Part shown: piece by piece, positions 40,075 to 52,057 of the stretch
Layout of the letters: every line of letters starts with the position of its first letter
How positions within the stretch are numbered: position 1 is the stretch's first letter
NCBI RefSeq assembly: GCF_964355755.1
Contig: NC_092680.1
Span: forward strand, 8,556,001-8,620,000
From: Antedon mediterranea
Lineage: Eukaryota > Animalia > Echinodermata
Length of the DNA: 64,000 nucleotides
Direction of reading: 5' to 3'
Notes under the pieces: model-generated
Told to the model about the DNA's origin: nothing
Seen by the model: only the letters and a program-made list of their open reading frames with translations
Databases searched by the model: none
Translations under genes and position numbers: made by a program

Positions 40075-42344
40075 AAAAATGTAGCGAAAGAAAGTATTGC
40101 ATTAACATTGATTTACTGGTTAAAAATATGAAAAAAATAAGTTTACAAATGCATTATCTAAATTCAATATTTAAAACATTCATAAGGTAGAGTAGGAATT
40201 ATATTAAGTTTCTAAAATTGAACCAAACACTTACAGTATTTTACAAATAATTGCTTAAACACCATCATTGTTTAATAATGACAATGTCAGAAGGAAAATA
40301 GTAGTTTAATATATTTACAAACTACAGCCTATTATGCCTTAATTGACCAACTTGAAGTCCTTATTACATCTCATAAAGCAAATTATACTCGTTTTTCCCA
40401 ACTTATGTCGTCCATTAACAGAATATACTATATAATGAGTGGCATTATAGGCATGATTATAGGAACATTTTCTCTGATTATTCTCTGTAATGAGATCAAA
40501 CTATTCAGTGATGGTTCAAGTTGTTTTAATGAATGTTCATTAGGCACATTAAGCTAGGAACGCACTAAGGTTATAACCAAATTACTACGACGCACTAAAT
40601 GTTTGTTCAAAATCCCATTTTAGTTTGTTAGTATAATTAGGCCTAGTGACAATTTTTAGATTCTTGTCGTCATCATCATTCCAAACAAAGAGGAACGTTT
40701 ACTTTTTGAACAAACGCAGTTATTAAATGGAAATGAAATTTCCACAATATAATTTTGAAAGCATTTTATTGTTAATATTTGTATTTACATTAATAAACGA
40801 ATATGCATCAATCATGGATGTCTATATATCCCTAAATTGGATTGACTCGTGATAGACGAGTTATTAAGCGTTATTATTTTTATCACAAAGCACATGCCTT
40901 TATATGAAATTTTTACAGTAAAAATTGAACTACAGAAGCATAAAAATATCTTAACAATGTCTTAAATCTCAGCTAGAGGCAGGCATTATCAGATAATATT
41001 TGTGTGTATAACAGAAATCATGACGAAAAAATTATACAATATTGGGAAAACTGCAGACTTTTTTAGAATACCGATAGTTAGCTTTCAATCCTCAGAAAAT
41101 AAATTTAAAAAAAGTTTCATGTTAAAATGGATAGTTTTTTATATAGCATCTATAACATTGCTTTAGTCATCTGATAATGTTTGCCACACCGTTGTTTTCT
41201 TTTTTTCTCTTCTACAATATTTGTGTACAAAAAAAATAAACTGAAATTTGTTTACTTATAATAAATCAATAATGTTGCACAATAATGTGTTGTCTTCACA
41301 TCATTATTTTAAAGACAATTTAAGATGATCAAGTTTGATGGCACTTTAAATTCAATAATTTTTATGTGGGATTTAAAATAGTTTAGCGAATGAAGTCGAC
41401 AGTTCGTATATGCCTTCTCTTCTCAGTTCATTCTTTTTAAAAGTAATACTTTTTACGTAATTGAAACCTTAAGACGTATACTTTAGTATGCGAGTGAACT
41501 ATGTATTCGTTATTGGTGAAAGATTAAACAAGAAATATTTCTTACAAAAAACGCTGCTCGCTTATTGATAAATATTTTTTATTTCAAATGTTTTTGAATG
41601 TGTCATTTTATTGTCACATAATAGATAGTTATTTTACCTGAAAAAATGTAATTTAAAGCAACAAATACTTAAATTGTCTGTCAGACAATGGTTTTTGGGT
41701 TTCTTTTCATTTTTTATATGTGAATAAATATTACTTTTTTGTTACAGAAGTGAATACTCAATTTCTGTCACTTTAGTTAATTTTATTGCTAAGGTCAAAT
41801 CTGGGGGTCACTTCATCACCCTAGATATTTCAATTGTGAAGTATCCTATTACAAACACAAACTTTAATGGACTGTTTAGATAATAATTCAATGAATATCT
41901 GACACTGACAGTGAATATAGGGATTTGTAATTTTAGCATGACATGTCCTAATAGACTCTTTCCCAGCCGTTTTTTGGGTCTACTGTAGCAGCTGGAATCA
42001 ATAAATCATAGTGGAGTTTCCATTTTCACAAAACTGTCTGTCCTTAGAACTATAACTGCTGCATGCTTTAGCTTCTGATTGAGTAGTCCTAATGGGACGT
42101 AGCGGGCTAGAGCAGCAGCGTGAAAAATTATGATGGAAAAATAAAACTACGTTACCGTATCATGATACCCTTTTTTGTTTTTGTTAATTTAACTGAAACC
42201 TAAACATTCAACTTATTTTGGTCAGCATTCATCTACGTTTATTCGCCTGTCAAAATGATTTGACTATTTAAAATATTATGTAGGCCTATTAGTTCTTAAT
42301 TAATTACAATTTATTGATTACAGTTTTAATTGACGTTTATATAC

Positions 42345-42604
42345 CTGAACTCTGACCTCTGGTAGGTTAACCCTTGATGCTAATTCTTCTCTACTGTATA
42401 CGTCTGGGTAATGTGATTTTTCAAAAGCTCTCTCAAGCTCATGAAGTTGAAATGTAGTAAATGTTGTCCGATTTCTTCGGTGTTTTTTCTTCTGTTTATC
42501 TGACATGTCGTCAACGTCGTCTTTGACGTGTAAATCGGAATCGTACTCGTCGGAGAGAACTGTGTCTTCAGAATGTTTTCGTGGCACAGGAAAGAGATGC
42601 TCAT
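42345..42604 (-). CDS. rx: Retinal homeobox Rx, coding exon 2 (homeodomain 1-46)
   Basis: Acceptor TTGTTCTAG|AT, donor CAG|GTAT; [49 protein letters not shown] is diagnostic of Rx. Confidence 0.96.
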
Positions 42605-42679
42605 CTAGAACAAAATAAAAATGATGTATTGAAACAATAGTGTTTCTTGAAACCAATAAAATAAACAAAATAGAAAAGA

Positions 42680-42749
42680 TAATAACAATAACACTAACAC
42701 TAATAATAACAATAATAATAACAATAATAATAATAATAATATAATAATA
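42680..42749. repeat. AAT/AAC microsatellite in Rx intron 1
   Basis: Imperfect (AAT)n/(AAC)n run. Confidence 0.9.
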
Positions 42750-43490
42750 AAATTGGAAAAAAAAAACAACCAAAACCGTTTCCTCCGCCAGAGGGCAGAC
42801 AAGTTATTTAATGCGATTAATATATATTATTATAACATTTCAAATTAATTGATTAAATTTCAGTATATCACAGGGCGGTTTAGAAATAATGTTCATTGCC
42901 TGATGTGTTTATTATAAATTATATTATTATATTGTTTTCATTGCAGTAGTAAATAACGAAACTGCCATAATGAATAATGAATTAAACTGCAGCGTACGTC
43001 TAATCATAAAAGATATTGAAATAAAATATAATATTTCATTTTCATATCGTTTTATATTTCATATTTTCAATCTTATATCGATTATCGAAACATATGTTGT
43101 TCTAATATTCTTATACTGTAGGTTTGTTTGTTTCGTTATTTTTTCAAAATATTATTATTAATTTTAAAAAATGTGTTGGTAAGATTTTAAAAAATTTGAA
43201 AAAAAAATTAAAAACACTACAATGTTAAGGATCAAGGGAAAAAATGTTAATGAGTTGAGTACTTGAGTACAGTACTACAACACAATGTGGGTTTTTTTCA
43301 CCTAGACTAAAATACTCACAATAATAATGAAATTGATAATAAGGACATTAGTTTACACAAAGTGAATCAGTACCGTACATAAAGTCATAAAAGTTAACAT
43401 ACTAGAGGCCTAATAATTGTTAAAAGCAAATATCCTAATAAAATATTCTGATTTCTTTACAAACTAATCTAATAAATAGAATAGAATTAC

Positions 43491-43668
43491 CTTCGTTTTG
43501 ATTATGGTCTGTAGCAGCTATTCGATCATCATCAACCAATTCAAATTCTCGGTTCGAATCTTCCGATTGCATTTGTTGGTCATTTACTGTTGTTTCTGGT
43601 AGGCCTAGAATAGCATCAATACTGTGACTGGGTTTAGCATCGCAACTTGCTGAGACCTTTGGCTTCAT
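43491..43668 (-). CDS. rx: Retinal homeobox Rx, coding exon 1 (octapeptide)
   Basis: MKPKV...HSIDAILG octapeptide; phase-1 donor AAG|GTAATT joins exon 2 in frame; total 300 aa. Confidence 0.9.
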
Positions 43669-43997
43669 TTCTAAGGCTTGTAATGGTCAAGTGTGTAAGT
43701 TGGGTGGTTATAGTTTCTGTCTTTCCGTTAAAATGGTTATAATAAAGTATATAAAGTAACCGTTGTTTCTTTTCCTCAGACCAAATATATAGCAACCGCT
43801 ATTCGTTGATAATCGATACTATATAATTACTAACTAGCAGTGGGCCTAGAGTTTGATAGCAAATTTAAGTAGTTTTATCTATTATTTATGTTAACTAAAA
43901 CGTATTAGTGCCGTAAATCCGTGTTGGTGATACGTTACCGTGAAACAATACAGTAATTGACACGACATCCAACTCCATCATGTGTTGTCGCAGCTGT

Positions 43998-44038
43998 GGG
44001 CGGAGCATTGGGTGATTGACAGAATGCCTGATTGACAG
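43998..44038. promoter_or_regulatory. Rx proximal regulatory module: GC box, CCAAT, two Pbx-Meis/Prep decamers
   Basis: GGGCGG 43998-44003, ATTGG 44007-44011, TGATTGACAG at 44013-44022 and 44029-44038. Confidence 0.55.
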
Positions 44039-47000
44039 TCAATTAGGACCAAATTACATAAAGCAGACAAGTTAACCCGAATTAACACTGTATTGCTATC
44101 ATACAGATTCATCAACTCATAGAATTACCTTTAATTGTTTTCAAAACTATGAAAGTTATGTAAAGGGAAGAATATGGATACTATTTCACTGTAGGTGGTG
44201 GCTCCATAATATTCAAAGAGAATTATTTACTCGCTCACTCTAAATGTGCAAAGTCTTTTTGAATGATAAAGTATTAGAAAATACATATAAAGAAAGTTTA
44301 AATTTTTAAAGTTAATCTTTCTGCTAAAATTTATTATTTACTATTACTATAACATAGGCCTAATTACACAAATAAATGAGAAAGAGAGAAGGGCATGGCG
44401 GCAATAATTTCAGCGCTTTGTATTCTTTAGTTAATAATAATAATCGCTATAGAATATAACTATGATATTATATCAATAAATGTAGCTGCTTATTACCAAT
44501 GAATTCTTTAATACCATAGTTGACATACGTCTACTGTTTAATGCAATGACAATGATTTCTTCTCCTCGGATTGGGAATAGTAAACGCGGTTTTATTATGT
44601 TATTATTATTATGTCTAGTGTCTAGTAAATTACACCACATACTATATTTTATTCTAACGAATGTAAGATTTGAATTAGTTGCCTGATATAATAATTATAT
44701 GAACTGTACGATACGAGTGTGGGAGAAACATCAAACCGGGACAAAGAAGGTCAAATATACTTTAAGTTTCTGCAAAATTGATTTTAAAACCATGATTAAC
44801 ATAGTATTATGTTGAGTTGTGCAGGCAATATGAAAGGAGTACATACACAAGTATAGATAAATATTTGTAAAAATGAAGCGGTCATTTAATAACAACGAAT
44901 AATGAAGTTTATCTGAAAAATATTATTAAATTGTTTTACAGCAGCTTCCGTTATAGTTTTATTCTTGTTAGTAGACCTCATGACCTTAATTTGTACGCGC
45001 GTACATGAATTAAAAATACGTCGTATTAGCAAACACAATTTTTTGGTCTTATTAGTGTCATAAAAATACAACGAATTTGAAGCCTTGAGGTTCAATAAAT
45101 TACCAGAGAATCTTTCACAATATCGCATAGTATTGTAAAGATATCAATTAGGCTTTAAAGAGACCTAAATGTACATGATATTTCCATTTCATTTAGAAAG
45201 GTGAAAAATGCACCGTTTATTAGACTCCTTGTAAACTAAATGCTGCAATTATTTACGCTAATTTACAAGCGCTATTAATTTTCTATTGTTTGAGCATAAC
45301 CTAACACATGTGCTTCAAGATAATCATTAATATACTTATAGGCTAATGACTGTAATTTGTAAACTCAATGAGTTAACCTTCGTTTGTAAAACTTAATAAT
45401 TGGTCTTAAATATGATTTATTTTAGTGTAATGAGAGGAAAAAGAAAATTAATCACTTATTTTGTGAAAGAACTACAAATAATTATTCAAAATGATTTACC
45501 GGACGACCATCTACAAATTAGATTACTTTCTTAACTGAAGTGATGTTAGTGCAATTACTTCAACTTTAAACTTTTTTTTTTTAACAATAATGAGCTTGCT
45601 TTATTTGTATTAAACTAAGTTATAGACTTACATCCCAACTTCATCGGTTGAGAGATTGCAGAATTAAACTTTATGTGTATTTGGTTTTTCTTGTATATTG
45701 CTATTGGAATTGATTTTTACTAAATAAATTCAAAAAGGTAAGATAACAAAAATGAAAGCCTCGTCTCACAATAAATAAAACATAATTTTTGAATTTCCTA
45801 AGAAATTACCAATTGTAAAAGTTTTATTTTTAGTGCGCTGAAATATCGTACTAAACAATTATAACGAAATATTATTATTATTATTATCATTTTTGTATAA
45901 TACGGTACATATATAATACAATATCAATATCACCTCTCGGTGAATGGTTGTTGCGACTCAAAGTACAGTACAATAATAAAGACGAATCCAAGTACCCTTC
46001 TCGTAAATTGATTTGACTCAAACTACCAGTTAAATTGTCGCAATTAAAATACATTTTATTAATTACAGGCAGAGAACTTCCTGAACAAAGGTCAATAACT
46101 GAAGCGAAATACACGTAAAACATGTATTTAGCCTACAGCTGCCTGTTATATCGTAACAAAGTTAGTATTACACGAAACCATGAAGCCCTTCAGGAGAGGA
46201 TTGAGATATTTTGCATGAGAGGGGGAATCGGTATAAATACTGAAATACGTAATGGTATTTCTCTTTTAAGATTTTTTAATGGTTTTTAAATATTTTACAA
46301 ATATTTTAAACTTTGTTTTTATACGGTTTTAGATTTTTTTTTAAATTTTTATCATTGTTTTATATGTTGTTTTTTATACTGTTTTATTCATGAACCTTTT
46401 TTACTTGTTTTTATGTGATTTTGATCAAATGAATGAATGTAACATTAATATTATAACAACACATAAGTTATAATATTATTTATCGTGTGTGTTACGTCAC
46501 GTCAACGTGTGCGCACCGTGGGGTCGTACTCCCACCAAGGAAGGAGATTTTAGAACCTTTACTTGTTAAATAATATTGATCATCTCATTCCAGTAACTAA
46601 AATTAGGATATAAGCAATTAACATTGAATAGATATACACAGCAGATGGAATGCTAACGTATAGTTAGTGCGGCTTATATCGCATAAGGCACGTTAATAGT
46701 CAACCTATATGTATAGAGTTATTAGTCTTCCCGGCCCTGGTATAGATTATCTTGTTTCGGGAAACTTCATACATCACTTACTTGCTTGTTTACTTGTTTC
46801 CCGTACACTTTCGTCTACGGGATTGAGGCGAAGCACTCAGTGCTTAAAAGTCCCTCCTAACGAAAAAATCATATTCAATATAAGGTGAAAACTTCAGCGG
46901 GTGGTTGAACCATGCGACGTTAAGTTTTGCTTTGAACGAGTACATAAAACTACATCCGTAGGCAGAGCATTCCATAAGAGAGTAACTCTCACTTTGTTTT

Positions 47001-47678
47001 CGGCTTCATTTACAGAAAGCAAATGACGTTTAAGGCTGCTGTTAATCTGTATCTTAAAACCCCAGATCGCATTTTGCTATTGTTACAGGGTAAATGCAGT
47101 GTTTTATCTGTATAGGCCTAATATAACAGCAGATAGCATTATTGAGAATTGAAATCATTTTCTGGATCGCTGAAGAATACTTAATTAGGAGTACAAATAC
47201 CTTATAAGGTCAGTAATCAAAAATATTATCGGATGGTAATATCTCACTTTATGATAATTGAATACGTGTGAGCAGCATTGTCCAAGAGGATTGTACAACG
47301 CCCTCTCAGTTCTCAAAATAGATTTGTGTTAAACCTTGTTTCACAAAAATCTTGCTCATTGCAGACAATCATCAAACTGTTAAAACCATTTCACACAAGA
47401 CACTGCACATAAACCAATAATATTTTTTGATTTCATCATTATTTATTTATACATCTTTTTTACAATAATAATAATAACTCTACATATATACAAATATTTA
47501 TAATCATTTATACATTGCACTTGTTACTTCCATTTTTAATGAATGGTTTTAAATAGCTGTCTTTAATTCGATGTATTATGATGTATTATCATTATCCCAA
47601 CCGTTATCCAAACCATGTTAAGTCTGAAATCAATCGAGTTTAGAGTGAGTTTTAATCTTACAATGTGTAACTTTAAAT

Positions 47679-48113
47679 CTATGTTAAAGAATGCTTTTCA
47701 TTACTTTCATGAACCGAAAATTGTTTACCAGCTTGTAATCTAAGTGCCTCAATACTTTGTCTTTTCATATGTACAGGATCATTTGGAAAAGCCAGTCTAT
47801 GGCCCATGTGTGAGTAAGGTACAATTGGTCCAACGAACGGTAATTGTTGGTATGGCCCGGCTGGGGCGAAAACTGCTGGGTGAGGTGCTACTGCGGTCAA
47901 TCCTGGAGGCCTAGGAAATCCATGACTAAAGTATGGTATGAACGGTTTTGCACTGCTGATTAAAGGATGGGTTTGCGCCTGCAGCCATGTAGAGTAACCA
48001 GTGGCGTAGTCCAACGGAGAGTTCATATCTGTTTTGCAGTCTGTGTTTGAACTTTCACGTCCAATAAATTTCTCCTTCTTCCTCCATTTTGCACGTCTGT
48101 TTTGAAACCACAC
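47679..48113 (-). CDS. hbn: Homeobrain, coding exon 3 (helix 3, Pro-rich region, OAR)
   Basis: Acceptor CTTTTAG|GTG; VWFQNRRAKWRKKEK...KRQSIEALRLQAGKQ; stop at 47679. Confidence 0.92.
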   Translation of the reverse strand: MWFQNRRAKWRKKEKFIGRESSNTDCKTDMNSPLDYATGYSTWLQAQTHPLISSAKPFIPYFSHGFPRPPGLTAVAPHPAVFAPAGPYQQLPFVGPIVPYSHMGHRLAFPNDPVHMKRQSIEALRLQAGKQFSVHESNEKHSLT

Positions 48114-48460
48114 CTAAAAGATATACAAAATAAATCATTATAGTTTGATCACCTATTATTTATAAATAGTAGCTAACGCTTTCTTTTAAGTGACAAATAA
48201 AATAGACTAGTAGTAGTCATGTAGATAAACAAGTTATACAATATTATTGATTACAGTAATTTAATCAACATAAGCAGTAAAAGTGAATTAAACTAATAAG
48301 ATAAATACAGCGATGAATAAATTACAGAACTATGTCAATCATTATTTGTCATTGAAAATAAATTTAGGTGTAAAATATCTTACACAGATTAAAACAAATT
48401 GAATGTAATTGAACAGACTACCAGTAAATGCATTTTGCCTGGTCAAATTTCATCCGAGGC

Positions 48461-48471
48461 TAATTGAATTA
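48461..48471. promoter_or_regulatory. P3 palindromic paired-class homeodomain dimer site in Hbn intron 2
   Basis: TAATTGAATTA (TAAT-N3-ATTA; the Q50-preferred PCE-1/RCSI type). Confidence 0.4.
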
Positions 48472-48789
48472 ATCGTAAAACATTATCTACAACACTATAC
48501 TGTAGATTCAGCATAATTATTATACAAAAACAACATTTAATTTGCTATAATAACTAATATTATTTATCAGTATGATGAATGACATTTATAAGTAAAGATC
48601 ACAAAATAATGTTTTCTATCCGACTATCCGCAATGTAAGGTCAGAATTTTACCAGCATAATTTCTGTGTAAATTTAATGAAGACGGGCTTCTTAAGTCGT
48701 TCATATCCCTTTATGTAACCGTATTGAGTACAATATAATGCAAAAACTTAATAATACAATAGTATGTATAGACCAGAAATAATTCTTAC

Positions 48790-49025
48790 CTGAACTCGTG
48801 ATTCGCTAAGATCGAGCTTAAGTGCTAGTTCTTCACGTGTGAATACATCTGGATACTGTGTCTTTTCGAACGCCATTTCTAATTGGTGAAGTTGGTACGT
48901 TGTAAATGTTGTTCGAGATCTGCGTACTTTACGAATCTTCGCCGATGGAATAGAAGCAATTGTCTGCTGTGTTAAATCATCTTCACCATCGATACTTTCT
49001 ACTTTAATGTGCGGTATGTCAATTT
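48790..49025 (-). CDS. hbn: Homeobrain, coding exon 2 (homeodomain 1-46)
   Basis: Acceptor ATTACAG|AA, donor CAG|GTAAGA; [48 protein letters not shown] matches the Hbn family signature. Confidence 0.93.
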
Positions 49026-49310
49026 CTGTAATAAACAAAATTAACATAGAAATTAATTATACATTTACATAAAATACAAACTATAACAATTATTATTAAA
49101 ACATTTTGTTGAAAAGGTTCAATAGTAAGATCAATCGAAAAATAATGTTAATTCTCTATCTCATTTGTGTTTAAATAAAAAAATATCAACAATAATCAAA
49201 AATAATGTAAAATATAAAAATAAGACTTAAACTTTATATCAAAAATAATATTATTGCTATTAATATTATTAATATGAATTGTATAAAAATATCAAACAGT
49301 TTTAAATTAC

Positions 49311-49524
49311 CTTTTTCGTCTTCACTTTCAGAACAACTTAAATGTGTCTCTTTCTTGACATCTTGTTTTGCCAGAGGTATTCGTGTAAGCGGCGGTGGTG
49401 GAATAGATGGCAGTTGTGGTTTCTCTTTAGATCCTAGTATAAAATCGATGGAATATGAAATCGGAGCCTGTGTTTCAAAACACATCTTCGATTTCATCAT
49501 AGGCCCAGCAACGACAGTCGACAT
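49311..49524 (-). CDS. hbn: Homeobrain, coding exon 1 (octapeptide)
   Basis: MSTVVAG...YSIDFILG octapeptide; phase-1 donor AAG|GTAATT; total 294 aa from ATG 49524 (later ATGs possible). Confidence 0.85.
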
Positions 49525-49619
49525 GTTCTTCGTTTCTTTAATAAATAAATAACTCCAGAAATGTTGCGATGTGACAACGATGCTGCTCAGTAGGTGAATG
49601 TGGAAAGTGAGTTGGCGCA

Positions 49620-49670
49620 TGCTTATAAAGTCCGGTTTAAAAGCCAATATGACTAACAGCCAATCAGAGC
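49620..49670 (-). promoter_or_regulatory. Probable Hbn core promoter
   Basis: TTTATAAG about 100 bp upstream of ATG, with GCCAAT (49642) and AGCCAATCAG (49658) just upstream. Confidence 0.5.
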
Positions 49671-50509
49671 GTTCTATTTCACTCAATGACTTAACGCATC
49701 AGCTAACACGTGTGAAATACAATTATCGTGTGAACCAATCTGTTAACGATTATCAAAGTGTTACGTAAATTAATTATATCATTGTTAACATTTTAACAAT
49801 GATTGAATTGAATTATGTAGGTATTATCATGTATGTACCAAAGAGGGTATTTAGTAGCTCAACGGATTTCCTATTTGTTATTTATTTGTTTTTGTAATAT
49901 TATAGGCTTGCATTTTATTTTAGTGTATTACTTTTAAATTCGAGAATACTTTTAAACATAATCGCTTGTCTATAAAAAATACAGCAAGTAAATAGGGTCT
50001 TTCTAAAATCAACAACCTCCATAAAAGACAACATCTCTAAATTCATAACAACGAGTATATATGCTATTTTTTATTTATTTTTGTAATTTTATAGGCCTAA
50101 ATGTAGGCCTATTTATTGTATTACTTTTTTTATTCCAGTATACATAATCGTTTGTGTATTTTTTTTAAATTCAGCAAATTAAAAAGGGATAATTCTAAAA
50201 TAATCAACATCCTTCATTAAAAGACCACATCTCTTAATTCATAACAATGAATAATCATTTATTGCGCTATCGAATAACTATTTTAGGCCTAAGTCAATTA
50301 GAAATAACACGTAGCTAGTTTTTTGTTTTAATTGCTTATTAAATTTATAAACAGATATTTTAATATATAATTTAAACTATATACAATTAAAATAATTGCA
50401 GATTGTTAGTCAGGTATTTACCATTAAAATGAAGTTGTAGTCTGTGTATATTTATTTCACCTATTTTAAAATATTAATTTCTGAAATGTTGTATGTGATG
50501 CGTGAAGTT

Positions 50510-51216
50510 GTCCCCGCCTCTTTCGTTAAAACTGAGCCCCCTTTGTTGTACGAGAAACGATATCTCCGCCCCCTTTGTTAAAACAATAGAAACATGGCTT
50601 TTCGTACTATAGTTATTTAAATTAGCATAATTAAAATTAAACAACAGAGGTTTACTATTATTTTTTATACTATTTTTGATTAATTGCGTTATTTAAAAAA
50701 AACTATTTCCATTACCAGTTTTATTTTATTGAATGACCAAGCAACAAAAACGGATTAAAATTGCCATTTCTATAATTTGGCATTGATTTCTCTCCAACTC
50801 CGCCTCCTTAGTTGAAATTAATATGAAACTCCGCCTCCATTGTTCCATCTCCGCCCCCTTTGTTAAAACAGCAGAAACATGGCTTTCGCTATTATAGTTA
50901 TTTAAATTAGCTTAGTTAAAATCCAACAGCTTTCCATTATTTGTCATATTATTTTTAATTCCTGGTTTTTTTTTTAATGTAGGCTACTAACCAAAATTAT
51001 TTATGCCCATGTTACCAGTTTTATTCTATTGAATAACCAAGCAACAAAAACGGGATTAAAATTGCCATTAGTCTATAATTTGGCATTGATTTCTCTCTAA
51101 CTCCGCCTCCTTAGTTGAAATTAATATGAAACTCCGCCTCCATTTTTCTATCTCCGCCCCTTTGTTAAAACAATAGAAATAGGCTTTCGATATTATAGTT
51201 ATTTAAATTAGCTTAG
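50510..51216. repeat. Tandem array of about 290-300 bp units rich in CTCCGCCYC
   Basis: ATCTCCGCCCC(C)TTTGTTAAAACA at about 50562, 50848, 51150; related copy at 53125-53335. Confidence 0.8.
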
Positions 51217-51499
51217 CCCATGTATGAACAGTTTAATAGCAGGTTTACCATAATTGTCATTGTCCTAACAATATAATTACTCATGTATTCTAATACAGAA
51301 TTTCCAGACTAGAATGTTGAAACATTTTCCTATATAAATATGCAATATAATTATGTACAATATTACCAGACTGGAATTTTTCAACTTTAAAAACTGTTTA
51401 AAAGCTTTTAAATGCTCCAACTAGGCCTATCACTACGATTAAAATAGAAATTACCCACATGCGATAGGCCTACAATACATTATACCAAAACGTGTTCTT

Positions 51500-51666
51500 A
51501 TAAATCCAAAGGCAAATTACTGAAAAAAAAATGACAATGCTGTGGGTATCAGTGGCTGGATCTCAACGGAGATACAAAAAAAAACGAAAAGCTAAATCAA
51601 AACGATAAAGTTAAACAGCCAGAAAAGTTAGCAGAGCTTTCGGGCAACACTAGCCCTTCATCAGTG
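51500..51666 (-). mobile_element. Penelope-like terminal repeat
   Basis: Second copy of 30814-30976; contains intact hammerhead core. Confidence 0.65.
51631..51666 (-). ncRNA. Minimal type I hammerhead ribozyme
   Basis: CA-CUGAUGA-A-GGGC-UAGUGUU-GCCC-GAAA-GC-UC-UG: core boxes, 4-bp stem II, palindromic AGCU replacing stem III, UC cleavage site. Confidence 0.65.
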
Positions 51667-51736
51667 AAAAAAAACCTGTACATTTCCAGGCTGAGAAATT
51701 CTCTTAAATTCATTTATCAGGCCTCATTTCATTCAT

Positions 51737-52057
51737 AACTAGAACTTGATTTTGGATAAGTAGGTCTCGAAAAAATGCAATTCCAGTTCACTTGTTACTT
51801 TAAGACTGCTCACCGGCTTATGAAAATTGTCTCCTATCTTTTAACACTAGCAGGTCTGAAAATAATACTAAAAAGTCGTCCAGAATTGGGACCGTGGGCC
51901 GGATTTCCTCTAAAATTTAATGAAGTGGTCTTTGACCACATATCTATCTGTATTTTCATTTTGGGTAAAGATCTTACAATACATTTTTTAGTAAATCTGC
52001 TAACAAACAAACAGACAAACACATGCGATCGACTACATACCTCCTTGGCGGAGGTAA
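51737..52057. mobile_element. Short HINE-like element family B
   Basis: AACTAGAAC ... ATCTGCTAACAAACAAACAGAC...ACCTCCTTGGCGGAGGTAA, same end as 25257. Confidence 0.65.

Noticed and set aside
42605-42802. Apparent transmembrane N-terminus on the Rx homeodomain ORF and a poly-Leu ORF
   Set aside because: Translation of an intronic AAT/AAC microsatellite upstream of the real acceptor at 42605
46720-46960. Possible tRNA or tRNA-derived SINE in the Hbn-Rx intergenic region
   Set aside because: Only a weak B-box-like GGTTCAACC on -; no A box or cloverleaf
49525-49686. 54-aa N-terminal extension of Hbn in the ORF track
   Set aside because: Starts at a non-ATG codon and runs through the CCAAT and TATA promoter region
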